Source: Piromyces finnis finn
Taxonomy: Eukaryota; Fungi; Neocallimastigomycota
Assembly (NCBI GenBank): GCA_002104945.1
Contig: MCFH01000009.1
Coordinates: 248,001-312,000 of the forward strand
Reading direction: 5' to 3'
Length of the DNA: 64,000 nt
Shown here: in pieces, positions 30,294 to 43,919 of the stretch
Position numbering within the stretch: the stretch's first letter is position 1
How the letters are laid out: each line of letters begins with the position of its first letter
Notes under the pieces: generated by a model
Seen by the model: the letters and a program-made list of their open reading frames with translations, nothing else
Told to the model about the DNA's origin: nothing
Database searches by the model: none
Program-made: the position numbers and the translations under genes

Positions 30294-31600
30294 TTATTGA
30301 TTCTTCTTTTCTTCATTTGATTCATTTTGCTTAATTTGTTTCTTTAAATTTTTCTCTTTTATTTTACTTTCTACAACAGATTTAAGATATTCTGATAAAG
30401 ATGAAGAATCATCGGCAATAATACCATTAATTTGAAGTTTACGAATTCTTTCTAAAACTGTGGTATCATTCATTACACCATCAATATCAGAATAAGCAAA
30501 TACTGGAATACCACGTGCATTTAAATGCATATTTAATCCATATTTCAATAATGTGTATCCTTGAACATCTCTTGTTCTTTGAGTAGTAATTAAAACTGAC
30601 TCATTTATTTTAAGGAATGGTAATATACCAATAATATCATATAAAACTATTTTATTTATACGAGACTTTGAAAAAAATATAGGAATATTTTTATTAATCT
30701 TAAAAAGATATTTATTTATATTTTCATGATTAAAGCTTCCCCATATTGTAATGCTTTCTCTGTCACATTCCTTTACAAGTGAATTTACAATATCTACTAA
30801 TTCAGTTGAATTGTTTACAAAATTTATTATTATTGGTACTTTTGAAAATTCATTGAATACATCCTTTAAAATAGGAATTTTAAATGCTTTAGAATCAATA
30901 TCTTTATTTTGTGGTAATTCTTTCTGATTATCATTTAATGAAAGCTTAGGTAATTCAGAATATTTTAAATTAGTTATTTTTCCATTTCTATTCTTGTCAA
31001 GTTTTGATATGTTTTCATGTCTTAATACTACAACCTATATTATATTATTTTATAATGGATTTAATATTAAAATTAAATATAAAGGTGTCTTAAATGTTTA
31101 TAATATATACCTTTTTATCAGCAGTTAATTGAACATCAATTAAAACTACTTGAGCACCACCATTAAGTGCACGTTTAATAGCCTCTAATGTATTTTCTAA
31201 AAAATATAACATGTATTTTATATTAATTTTAATATTATAAAATTCAAACAATATTCCTATATATAGCAATCAATATATATTTTATAAGTTATAAACATTT
31301 ACCAATAAATGATACTCTATCTCCACGATTTGAAATGTTTTCATAAGGATATGATAATTTTGGTTTATATTTCCATATAACAAAACCTGATAATACAAAT
31401 GAACTTAAAACATAAATTAAAAAGAGTAATACAAATAATAAACCATATTGATAAGAACTATTATAAATAATTGATTCTTCATTTCTAATTATTTCTAAAA
31501 TTGACTGGTAATGATTTTTAATATAGGTTGCTAAAATAAATATTGCCACAATTGGGGCAAACATAATAAATGGAAGAGAATAATTTATTATATCTGCCAT
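30294..31600 (-). CDS. Membrane-anchored glycerophosphodiester phosphodiesterase-fold protein (GDPD1/3-like), predicted catalytically inactive; 374 aa
   Basis: Exons 31600-31303, 31196-31111, 31034-30294 with consistent phases. Two N-terminal hydrophobic helices, then ISNRGDRVSFIENTLEAI, VLIDVQLTADKKVVVLRHEN, IPILKDVF, TIWGSF, HLNARGIPVF, NGIIADD. Confidence 0.8.
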
Positions 31601-32791
31601 TTTTAAGTATCAATAAAATAAAATAAAAATAATTTATTTTTCTTTTTTATGTTTGTTTTTCTTTTTCTTTTTTGTTTTTTTATTTTTTTTTTTTTTTTTA
31701 TAATTTAAATAGGAAAAAAGAAAAAGAAAAAATGGTTTGACACCTCTATTTGTAATTATCAGAATCAAAAAATATTAAATTTTATTTAAATTTATTGCAA
31801 TATATATTATTATATATAAATACTAAAAAATTTAATTTAAATAAAGTTGACATAATTATATAATATAGAAAACTTAAATTATTGATTTAAATAAATTAAT
31901 ATACCAATAATTTTCTTTGGTATAATACATGATTTAAGTATTGGATATACCAAAACTTTTCAATACCTTTAGTCTATATGGATGATTTATGAATTATGAG
32001 AAATTATACTATAGGAAAAAAAAAAAATCATGTTATTTCAATAGCAATGTGTAGCCTAAAGTCTAATATAAAAAAAGTTTTTTAATGTCAAAATATATAG
32101 TAAAAAAAAATTCTTTAAATTTTAACATATAGTATAGTATACATTCTTTATATATATATATATTCTTATAAACTAAATATTCAATTTTTATATAATTATT
32201 ATAATAGTATTACAATATTATATTAAAAAAATTTAAATTATTAAATAAATCAATAATTATAGATACTAATAAAATATATTATTAATGAATTTATTCAAAA
32301 AAAGTTTAATCTTAGATATATAATTTTCTACAGTTTTATATATAATTATTATATAAATTTGAATATTATTAAAATATTACTTCACTTTAAAAATATACCT
32401 TTTCAAAAATTTATCTTAATATAGTGTATATCCATCATCCCTTTTCCATTAATCTATTATTACATTATTACATTAAATTTATTTGATTATTTATCACACG
32501 TTAAATAAGTTAGTTATTATCAAAACCTTTATATTACTGTTTTTATTATTGCTCGGTATTTTACATATCAGTTTCTTTACATAATCATAAGTATAAAAAA
32601 AAAAAAAAAAAAAAAGAACACTTTCAATTCTCAAAATTCATTTTTAATTATTTGATTGAAATTATTTTTTTTTATTTTATTTTTATGGTTTTACTACAGT
32701 TTTATATAATAATTAAATTAATTATTTCATCTTCTTAAAATAGTTTCAATAAATTATTAATTTGAAAGATTGTTTCCTTTGTAAGCTTAAA

Positions 32792-32938
32792 TTAAACCTT
32801 GTTCTTTTGGTTAGATTTTTCAGCTTTCTTTTGCTTGTATAATTTTTGTTCTTCCTTTTTGGCAGATTTAGACTTTGGCTTATTTCTTTCAGCCTTAGTT
32901 TGTGGAGCAGCCTTATCCTTTCCAGTCTTCTTAGCCAT
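32792..32938 (-). CDS. Small Lys-rich protein, 48 aa, family not recognised
   Basis: MAKKTGKDKAAPQTKAERNKPKSKSAKKEEQKLYKQKKAEKSNQKNKV*. GC-enriched island with AAG/GCT/ACT codons, AAA directly before the ATG, and a possible 5'-UTR intron at 33043-32945. Confidence 0.65.
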   Translation of the reverse strand: MAKKTGKDKAAPQTKAERNKPKSKSAKKEEQKLYKQKKAEKSNQKNKV

Positions 32939-35053
32939 TTTATTCTATATAAATAATTTCAATTTTACATTATAATTAGTTTTTTTTTTATATATATATA
33001 TAAAAATAATTTTATTAACATTAATAATAACAATAATATTTACCGATTTATATATTAGATTTTATAAAATAAATAATAATTAAATATTAAATATTTAACT
33101 GAATACTACTTTTCAAGACAAATTCCTTCATTTTTATATAAAAAATGTGTAATTAACGTTATCAGACTCTGTAAATAAAAATTATTAAATTTTAATTAAT
33201 TTATTATTATACATTATTAACAATTAATAATTAATGTATTAATTATTCTACTATATGGAGTTTTTATTATCGCTAGAAATATATTTAATTATTACTAATT
33301 ATATAAATATCTATTTCCTATTGAAAAGAAAAAAAAAGAAGATTATAATAATTTAAAATTAATAAGGTTTTTAAAATTAGACACTCTAACGATATATATA
33401 TAAGTAAATATATTTTAAGGTAAAACACTTGATCCATATTCTTAAATGATATTAGTTAACACTAAAAAAAAATAATAAATTGATATTAATAAACTTTTTA
33501 TATATTAAGATTCAATAATGCCAATTATATGATGAAAAAAAAGAAAAAGAATAAATAAAAATGCCAATTATGTAAAGAAAAAAAAGGAAAAAAAAAAAAA
33601 GAATAAATATTAAATATTATATAGACTATAGTAATTGGTTTTCTTATCAATTTTTCGTTTAATATAGTAAAAAATATTAATTAATAATATACAAAAAAAT
33701 ATATTTCAATTAGATTATTAAAGTTTGTACTAAACATACCATACAGTACACATCTGATCTACTATAATGTGATATATAATAATTAATATTAATATTTGTT
33801 TTAGGATTATATATCATAATAATCATAATATTTCTTGAATTTTTTCACTATCATAATTTTCTAAAAAAAAAAAAAGGTCTTAATTGTCAATGGTATTCAA
33901 AAGTATTTATGAAAGTTAATAATGGAATACTGTATTGGTTTTTAATAAAAAATATTTATAGAACTATGTATTATGACTATTTATTCTAATTCTTTTTTTA
34001 AAAAAAAAATGAGAATATTTTGAAAATATTTTTTTAAAAAAATTGGCATATAATTTTATTATTAACTTTAAATATTATAAAATTTTTAAAATTTAAATTA
34101 TTTTTTTTTTATATTATGACTATTCATATAAAAATTCATTTTAATTATATTAATAATTAGACTAAAATAAGAGATATTTATATTTATATATTTGTTTATA
34201 ATGACATATGACGGATTATATCAACTATAAAACTACCTTTATTTATAAATGAAGTTATTAAAAAATTATATTACACTTGCAATAATAGTAATGAAAAAAA
34301 AAAGTTTTACATTTACTTTTTTTTATATAATGTATAACTTTATAAACAAAAAATATAAAAATAATAATTAAAAGTCTTTTATTAATTTTCGATTATATAT
34401 TCTTTTCATTTTTTTTATATAATTCTAAACCTCCATATAACCAATTTGGCTATTTAGTATAGTGTAAACTTAAAATTTTTTTTAATTAAGACATTATATC
34501 TCAATTATTTTTTTTATATTAATTAAACATTAAATAATTATTTTTGCTTTTCTAGAATTTATTCCCTGAAAATGATTTTATAAAGCAGTTTATAAATACT
34601 TTAAATTTTATTTTAATAATGCATTAATATATTTTGATTTTTTATATATTTAACCACATTGATGTATTACCAGAATTAATATTAAAAGTAATAGTAATTC
34701 TTTTTTTTTTTTTTTTTTTTTGAAACAAAATAATTATAACAATAAAATTATATCATATCAAATGTATTGAAAAAATATTTTTTCGTTACTATAAAAATAT
34801 AATAACATTTTAAATGTTTTTATAAAAACTTCTTTCAATAGTGTTTTTAACATTAACCCCTAACCAAAACATCCATTTCTAACTATAGTATTAAAGCAAA
34901 ATTTTAATAGTATTTAATTTTAGGTTTATATTTCTACCAATTTTAATTTACCAATCATAATAGATTTTAAATTAATTTAAAGTTCATACTTATATTTTAA
35001 AATTAAAAAAATAAATAATTAAGAATAATAATTATTGTAGATAATTTAATAAA

Positions 35054-36536
35054 ATGGAGTTTTCAAGTCCTATGTATTCAACCGAAACAGTAGTTTCACC
35101 AATACCTGAAATATGTAAAGAGGAAGAAGTTTTAATAGGTATTGATGAAGCAGGAAGAGGACCCGTATTTGGTATCATTAATTGAATTTCGGTAAAATAT
35201 TAATTATAAAATTTAGATTAATTCAAGAAAATTAATAATTAACTTTAATTTATATATATATATATAATAAAGGTCCAATGGTGTATGCTACCTGTTACTG
35301 TCCAATTTCTAAAATTGATGCATTAAATAATTTTGGTTTTGCTGGTATAAGAAAAATTATTTAATTAATTAATATACATATAAATTTATATAATTTTTAT
35401 TATTTATTAATATAAATTTCAATATCTTAATAAAGACTCAAAAACATTAAATGAACAAGCAAGAAATGATTTATTTGATGTTATAAATAAAAATTCAGAT
35501 ATTTTTGGATGGATGGCAACAGCTTGTAGTCCTCAAGATATATCAAAGCATATGTTAAGAAGGTAAAATTATTATATTTAAATCCTAACATCATCATAGT
35601 TTAACAACTTTTTTTTTTTTCTTTCTTTCTTTCTTTTATTATTATAATTATTCAAAATAATTAATTAAAAAAAGAGAAAAATATAATTTAAATCAATTTG
35701 CACATGATACTACAATTGATTTAATTAATAATGTTTTAAAACATAAAGTCAAAGTTAAGGAAATATATATAGATACAGTAGGTCCAGCTTCAGTATATCA
35801 AGCAAAATTGAAAACTTTTTTTCCGACACTAAAAATCACAGTAGAAAATAAAGCAGATAGTAAATTTCCTATTGTTAGTGCTGCGAGTATATGTGCCAAA
35901 GTAATAATTAAATATTTCATATTAAAATTTAAAACTTTATCTGAAATTACTTAAATCTTTAATTAAATATGGTATAAATTAAAATTGTTGTTGATGAAAT
36001 AATAAAAATATTGGACAGGTTAATCGTGATAATTTAATTTCAAATTGGAAATTTATTGAAAATAAAGTCTTTATTGGAGAAAAAGGCTCAGGTTATCCAG
36101 GTGATCCAAAAACAAAAGATTGGATAAAAAATCATTGTGATAAGGTTTTTGGTTTTCCAGGTCTTGTTCGTTTTAGCTGGTCTACATGTGAGAATTATCT
36201 TTTAAATAATGGATATACAGTTAACTGGTTAGTATATAATATCAAAATATATAATATATTATTATTATTGTTGTTGTTGTTGTTATATAATTTTTTTGAA
36301 TTAATAATTATAAATTGTAAATATAAAATTATTTTATACATAAAAGGCCGGATGATGATAAAAATAAAAATGGAAGTAAAAGTAAAGGAAGAATCACGAA
36401 AGGATCAATAGAAAAGTTTATGAAACAAAATAGTCAAAAACAAGAAACATTGAATAATGATGAAGAAGAAACTGCATTCCTTAATGATAAAAAGAAAATA
36501 TTTAATTTAAATCTTGTTTCTGTTAATACTCTTTAA
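35054..36536 (+). CDS. RNH201: Ribonuclease H2 catalytic subunit A
   Basis: IGIDEAGRGPVFGPMVY, DSKTL, EIYIDTVG, KADSKFPIVSAASICAKVNRD, GSGYPGDPKTKDW, VFGFPGLVRFSWST. Five GT-AG introns. Confidence 0.97.
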
Positions 36537-37872
36537 AGATTTTAAAGATGATAATGATAATATATCAATAATTAATCGGTTCATTTACAAATATTTAAAC
36601 TGGTGTTTTATAAAAAAAAAAAAAAAAATATTATTAATATTATTAATAATATAATTGTAATTAAAAAAGAAAAAGAAAAAAAGAAAGAAACCTAATAAAC
36701 GTTTATAATATTTATATTAATATGTTTTTAGTCTTTGTTTTTGTATATTTTGTTATGATATATAAAATTAAAATGACCTTTATACAACCATAACATATAC
36801 TTTAACCAAATTTTAATACTTTAACATTTTTATGAATATTGTTAATTCTTTAAATTTCATTGAATGAAAAATAAAATACATTATAATCAAAAATTAATAC
36901 AAAAAAAAATTATTTATTTATTTTTTAATTTAAATAATAAAGTTTTTTATCTATTATTTATAAGTAATGGAAAATTCACTAGATAGAAAAAAAAAAAAAG
37001 AAAGCATTTATTTTAATATTAAACTATTATTATATGAATATTATATTTACATAATAATTTTGAAACTACAAATTTTACAATAATCGAAATATGAATAATT
37101 AAATAAGGGTTGAAAGATTTTTATATAATCCAGTAGAAACATATAAATATTAATGATTAATGAAAAAAGATATTAATAATATATATTAATTCTGTTTGCT
37201 TATAATTTAATATTTACTCTCCAATTCTCCAATTGTAAATAATATTAATAAGCCTAAAAATCAGTATATCTATTTATACTATAAATTAAAAAATAAAAAA
37301 TACACTTAATTATTGATCTTAACAAACTTTAATTGATTATTAAAATATTATAAAAGTAGAATACTGTTATAATTATTAATTAATTACATTATTATATTAT
37401 ATACTTTTTTATATTAGAAAATGAATAGAATTGGTATAGTTAAATTTTTTTTTTATTGATCTGTTCCCCCATATATGTGGGAAGCACAAACGAGATTTAC
37501 TCAATGTATATATTAATTAATTTTAAAGTTTTTATATTTTAAGATTAAGAGGTTTGCATATTTGCAAATACAACTGCATGTTTGAATTAAAATTCATAAT
37601 AATTATAGTACAACTTCAAATTAACCTTCATTAAATTATTACGAATGAATACTTTTGAATAATTTAAATAATGATTTTTATATTATTACAAAACGGTAGA
37701 GGAAATACAAAATTATTTGCTAATTATTAGTAAAAAATTTATTGTTATTCATATTTTAGATTTTAATATAACATTTTAATGCTATAATAATATTTCATTT
37801 AGATAGAATATTCCTCTTAAGCTACAAAATAATAATTCATTTTTGATTGTTTTTTTTTTTAATATTATATTA

Positions 37873-37912
<40 letters not shown>

Positions 37913-38452
37913 AAAAAATTAAAAATTAAAAAATTTATTGGAATAAATGAATTGAAAATTTTAATATTAAATATTATTTGTTTTTTATTATAGCATGATT
38001 CTTTTTTTTTAATGATTGTTTAAAAATTTTATATATACCATTTTTTTTTTTTTTAATTGTTATTATAAGAATTATAATTTCATATTTTTTTGGTTTACTT
38101 CTATACATAAATAAAGAATACCTTTTATATAAATAATATATTATTTATTATTTATTTATTATCAAAATTATAGTTATAATAACAATTATAACTATATAAC
38201 TTTGAATATACAATAATATTAAATGCCAATATATTTATGGAAAATAAAAATAAACATTTATAAATTTTTTAAACAAATTTTATAGATTGATAATATAATA
38301 TTATTAAAAAATATTGTTCATATGATTTTACCAATTTCAAAAAAAAAAAAAAAGAACAATATTTTAAGTGATATGCAATTTTCTATATCAGTTCTTATCA
38401 AGAAATAATTTTAAGGTTTTTTCTAATAACATATATAATATATTCCTTTTTT

Positions 38453-38484
<32 letters not shown>

Positions 38485-39036
38485 TACTATATAGGTAAGT
38501 TAATAAATATTTCTCAATAATAAAAGATTTTTATATCATATTATATACTAAAATATATTTCTAATGATATATATCTTTTCTTTTTGCTAATATTAATTAA
38601 GATTATATACTTGAAGTATTATAAATCAACATTTCAAAACGGTTTCTATAATATTAAAATTAAAAACAATTTTTATTTTTCATTATATATTTGTATTCTA
38701 TTGAGTAATAGATATTCTCATTTATATTAAACAATAAACAATTTTTATTGATAATAATTATTTTAAAAAATTTTTGAAAATTGATAGTATTCACCCAATT
38801 AATTCAAGTTTTAATACAACATCAACAAACAAACAAAAAAAAAAAAGTAACAAATTAATTTGAAACCATAAATATATCATTATAATGTTTTTTTAGCAAT
38901 TAAAATAAGCAATAAAACATTATCAATTTATCTTTTTATTGAGAAATAAATATTATATATGCTATTAGTATATATATATAATTATAAAATTATAATTTAA
39001 GTAGTGAATTAATTAATTAGTAATAATATATTCATC

Positions 39037-42000
39037 ATGGATATTAATACTTTTATTCAAAGGGTTATTCAAGTATCTATGGTAGTATTTCCTGTAAGTA
39101 TTTTTTTTTTTATATTATTAATATATATGATACATTCATGATAATTAATACATTATAAATAAATATAAATAAATAGTTATAAAAGTGTTGATAATAATAA
39201 ACTAATGTGTCTTTTTTTTTTTTAGGTAAGTCCATATTATGATCAATATAAAAAGTTAAAACATGACCCAGAGGGCAAAAAAGGTTTTTCTCGTCATGTA
39301 TGTGGTTTGTTATTAATAGCCAATGTTTTTAAAATGTTCTTTTGGTAATTTAAAATAATATTGTATTTTTTTTAAATAATTATATTTTCTTATTATTATT
39401 ATTTTAGAATTATACTGAATTTCATAAATATTCGATTTTATATATGTGAATAGGTATGGCAAACGATTTGATATTACTTTACTATGTCAATCAATTTCCA
39501 TGTTTATTGTCCAATTTATTTTAATTCGTAAATATTTTTAATATAAATTTTTAAAAAACATATTTTATAAAAAAATATTAAAAATTAAAAATTAAATATA
39601 TCAATAATTAATTATTTTTAAAATTAAATAAAGACGCAAGTAAACTTGATATGAGAATTATTTATTTAAAAACAGGAAAAGAGTGGATATATAAATCATT
39701 TACTTTATATCTTGTTTTGATAATATTAATATCTATTGTTTTATCCATTTTGGGCTATTATTTTAACAATTCCTACGTATATCTAGAAATTATTGGTTTT
39801 ATTGGTATTAGTATTGAGGCTGCTGTACCTATACCACAAGCTATTCGCAATTATAATAATAAATCAGTAAAAGGTTTTAGTAAAATGGTTTTAATAGTTT
39901 GGTTTACAGGAGATATATGTAAAGTATGTTACCATGGTTTTATGCATACTCCTCATCAATTTTTCTTGTGTGGTCTTTTCCAACTTTTTATGGATGTAGT
40001 AATAACCTCTCAATGGTTATACTATTCTGGTTCTGGTGTCGATTGGTATGATTGTTATGCAAGAAAATATGGATTATATTATGTTAATGAAGATATGGAT
40101 GATGATGAATATAGTGAATATTCTTTTGACAATAATTCGTATCAAAAATGCAATACTTCTTCTTCTTCATTTGATAGTAATAGTTTTGATTATTCTTCAG
40201 GAGCAAATTCAACAAACATGTCACCGATATCAACATTAAAAGTAAATGATCATGATGGAAATGGAAAGTATTCTTTTTTGAAAAATAAAGATGATAATAT
40301 GGATCATATTATTGGTAATACAAAAACTGAGGATAATGGGTTGTTTACATCCAATATCCAATCCTCCTCAAATAATAAAGAAAATTTATCATTACCGATT
40401 AAATCTCCATATGATCGTAAAAATAGTCAAAGTAGTGTAAGCACCTTTTTTTCGGCAGGGGATGAAGCTACTGGAAATGATGGTGATATTGAAAAAGAAT
40501 CAGATGAAGAGGATCAAAGGTTAATCGCGGTAGCTTCAGCAAATTATGCAACTAGTGATATTAAAAATGATTCCCCTAATAATATATTGAATACTAATGA
40601 AGATATAGACTATGAAAAATGTTCTACTGTTCAATCATTAAATTCATCAATATTTACTAATAAGAAAGACCAAAATTACTATAATTATATAAGTGATCAT
40701 GCTGATTATTCGAGTTGTATAAGTGATGTAGATCGTTATTCACCTTTATCTCCACCAATAAATGGATTATCCGAGGATCCTGGTTTTTTAACTGATCCAA
40801 ATAACCAAAAAAGAACAAAGCATCATAATCATCGTCATCATCGTCATTCAAATAATTCATCAGCAGAAAAATCAAAACATACCCCATCATTATCAACAAA
40901 ACGAAGTAAAGGAAATTATGGTATTGATAAATCTATTTTTGAATATTTACAGGATGGATATGGTAAATTAAATCCTAGACTAAACGAAATATCGTTTAAT
41001 AATAAAACTTCTATTACAAGAACAACAACAGCTTCCAATGCCACGGATAAAACAAAAATAAATAATTTATCATCTTCTAATAATGATATAATGATATCTA
41101 TACCAGATAACAGTAATAACAATAATAATAGTAATGATAGCAATGATAATGTTGATAATAATAGGCAATCTCCAACGAAAAAACTTATATCCAATATTGT
41201 TAAGAAAACATTTAAAAATATTGTTAGGAAAAAGAAAGAATTTCCATATAATCAATTAGAAGATGAAAATAATAATAATGATGTAGAGTTAGATTCTTAT
41301 GAATATTCAAATCAATATAGTGAACAGGATCCATTGAAATCACTTGAATCTGAAGATAATAGTAATAGTAATTCTAATGATAATTTCAATTTTGATAATA
41401 AAAAACATAGTAATGTTATTAATACCAATAAAGAAAATCCAAATATTAATTCAATTGATACTATCAATAATCAAACAAAAAAGAATTCTTATGAATCTCT
41501 TTTGGTGCCTAAATCGCAAAATACTGAAGAAAGTCCCTCCTCATTTTCTAATATACAATTGCAGTTAAATGATAATCAAAATAAAATAATTGACAATTCC
41601 AAACCCCCGTCACTATCTAATAAAAGAAAGTTACACATTCAAACGCAAATTACCACAAATAATGAAAATACTAATATTGAAACATCCGCCGTGACACCTC
41701 ATTCTTCTATGAAATCCTCTACTATTTCAACTATTATATCGCATACAAAACCAATTGGCGCTGCAACCTCAAAATTAATATCTTCTTCATCAGCAGTTAT
41801 TAACAACACTATTAATAATATGCAAAATACTAAAAGAGCAAAAGCAAAAGCAAATGCTGAAGCAGCTTTTCAAGCAGAAATTGATACAGCATTTGATGGT
41901 GATGATTTTGATCGAGATATAAGGGATGGTATTGGTTTTAATAGCATTAAAAATAAGAGTTATAATAGAAAGAAGGAGCATGACAGCAACGTTTCTTGTT

Positions 42001-42146
42001 ATTCTTCAGTAGCGTCTGTTGATTCTTCAACCGAAGTTCGAGGTCAAACTAATAATTTTAAAAATAAATTAAAAACTTGGACAGGTTTTACAATAAATGA
42101 AGTAGATTATACGGAGAGTGAGTCTAAAACCCCAAAAGTAATATAA
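39037..42146 (+). CDS. PQ-loop membrane protein (ANY1/PQLC1-SLC66A2-like) with ~700-aa low-complexity C-terminal tail
   Basis: Spliced MVVFPVSPYYDQY..GFSRHVCGLLLIANVFKMFFWYGKRFDITLLCQS and second repeat EAAVPIPQAIRNYNNKSVKGFS..WFTGDICK..PHQFFLCGLFQLFMD. Confidence 0.85.
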
Positions 42147-42751
42147 AGTTGAGATAATGATGAGGAATAAAATAACTATAACTAATGACTTAGTTATCAC
42201 AGTTATCATAATAGTTTTATTAAAAAAAATAGCATTTATATATAATTTAAAAATACCAAAATAGAATATATTTAATAAATCATTAAAAGAATTAAAAGAA
42301 ATTATAAATATATTTTTGAAGAATAGAATATTTATATATATTCTTTTATTAATGATAATGCCGCATAAGTAATATGAATAAAAAATATATATATAAAAAA
42401 TAAGATTTTTGTATTTTTTAAAATCCTTATTTTTATTATTTATTTAATATATATCATATATATCAGAAAATATATGATTCTTTAATCTTTCAATAATGTA
42501 TATAATACCAAATTAAGTTAAGTTTTAAATAAAAATATTATAATATATAATATAGTAATAGTATTAGAATTATAATTATGTTATATATTATATTTTAAAC
42601 AATATTTTCTTTATAAAATAATAAATATTTTATTATTTATTTTGATTCTACCTATTGTTAATTTATTTTAATAGTACTACATTATTATTTATATATATAT
42701 ATTTTTTTTTATAAAATATTAAAGAATAAATTTAAAATCTATAAAGATAGA

Positions 42752-42785
<34 letters not shown>

Positions 42786-43919
42786 AGACCATACAAAAAT
42801 CAAATGAATATAATCAGATGAATATAAAAAATAAAATTAAAAAAAAAAAACCTTTCAAACTTCTTTATATATTTATTGGATATCAAAATAATGAATAATG
42901 TATTATGTTTTTTCCATTATAGTTATATATATAAAAAAAGGTTATTATTATGATAAATTACTATTATTTTTTTATTTTTGTATTATATAAGAAAATCAAA
43001 TTAAATAAAAATTTAAAATTTTTTTAAAAATATAATTATTTAATTTTAGATTTAGTTTTATAATATATTAATTTTATTATATATATTTTTAAATAGCATT
43101 ACATAACTTTTAATGTAATAATGAAAATGAATAATAGGTACAAAAAAAAAATATAGATTGTTTCTACTTTCTTACTTTTTATTCTAAATATTTATATAAG
43201 TTTATCATTTATTCTTTTTAAACATAGAGTTCATCTGACTTGTTAAGAAAAATTTATAAATATTTATAACAGAAAATATATCGAGAAAAATTAATAATCC
43301 AAAAAATTTATGAATAAAGAAAACCCGATAAAATTTTATATAACAAGAAGAAATAGATTATATAAATAAAATAATAGAGAAAAAAAATAAAAAAAAAAAA
43401 AATCATAGAATTCTTTTAATTGCTATATCAACAAAACATATGTTAAAGAGCATAATTAATTGACAAGAGTAGTTAAAATTCTCAAAAATATTATTATTAT
43501 AACTTTTATTTTTTTTTTATTTTTAAAAAAATATATAATAAAATAAATTTTAACAGTAAACACATTATTTTAATTAATATAAAAAAAAAAAAAAAAAAAA
43601 TACAATATTATATAAAGGCTATATATAAATAATATCATTTTTTTAATAAAATAATTGTGTATATTTACACCAATATATAATTTATACAAAAGTTTTCCTC
43701 TTAATTAATTAAAACTCTATCCTCGAACATGTATATTAAATTCTAAAAAAAATCTATTACATTTATTTCTATTCCTTCATTAATGGGCTTTTCTATTATA
43801 AAAATATAATAAAAAAAAATAAACATTAAATGTTATCTCTCTCAAACTTATAACTTTGAATAATATTTTATATTGTTTATATTAAAAAAAAATAATACTT
43901 TATATGAATAAATAACAAT

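Noticed and set aside
33500-33770. C/D snoRNA (TGATGA at about 33528, CTGA at about 33755) and a short AATGCCAATTAT duplication
   Set aside because: The boxes are too far apart, with no terminal stem or guide sequence. The duplication is short and in A-rich DNA.
35172-35272. RNH201 intron 1 (GTATCATT...AG) as a GT-AG U12 intron
   Set aside because: It mismatches the invariant CC of the U12 5' site and has no TCYTTAAC box, so it is more simply a U2 intron.
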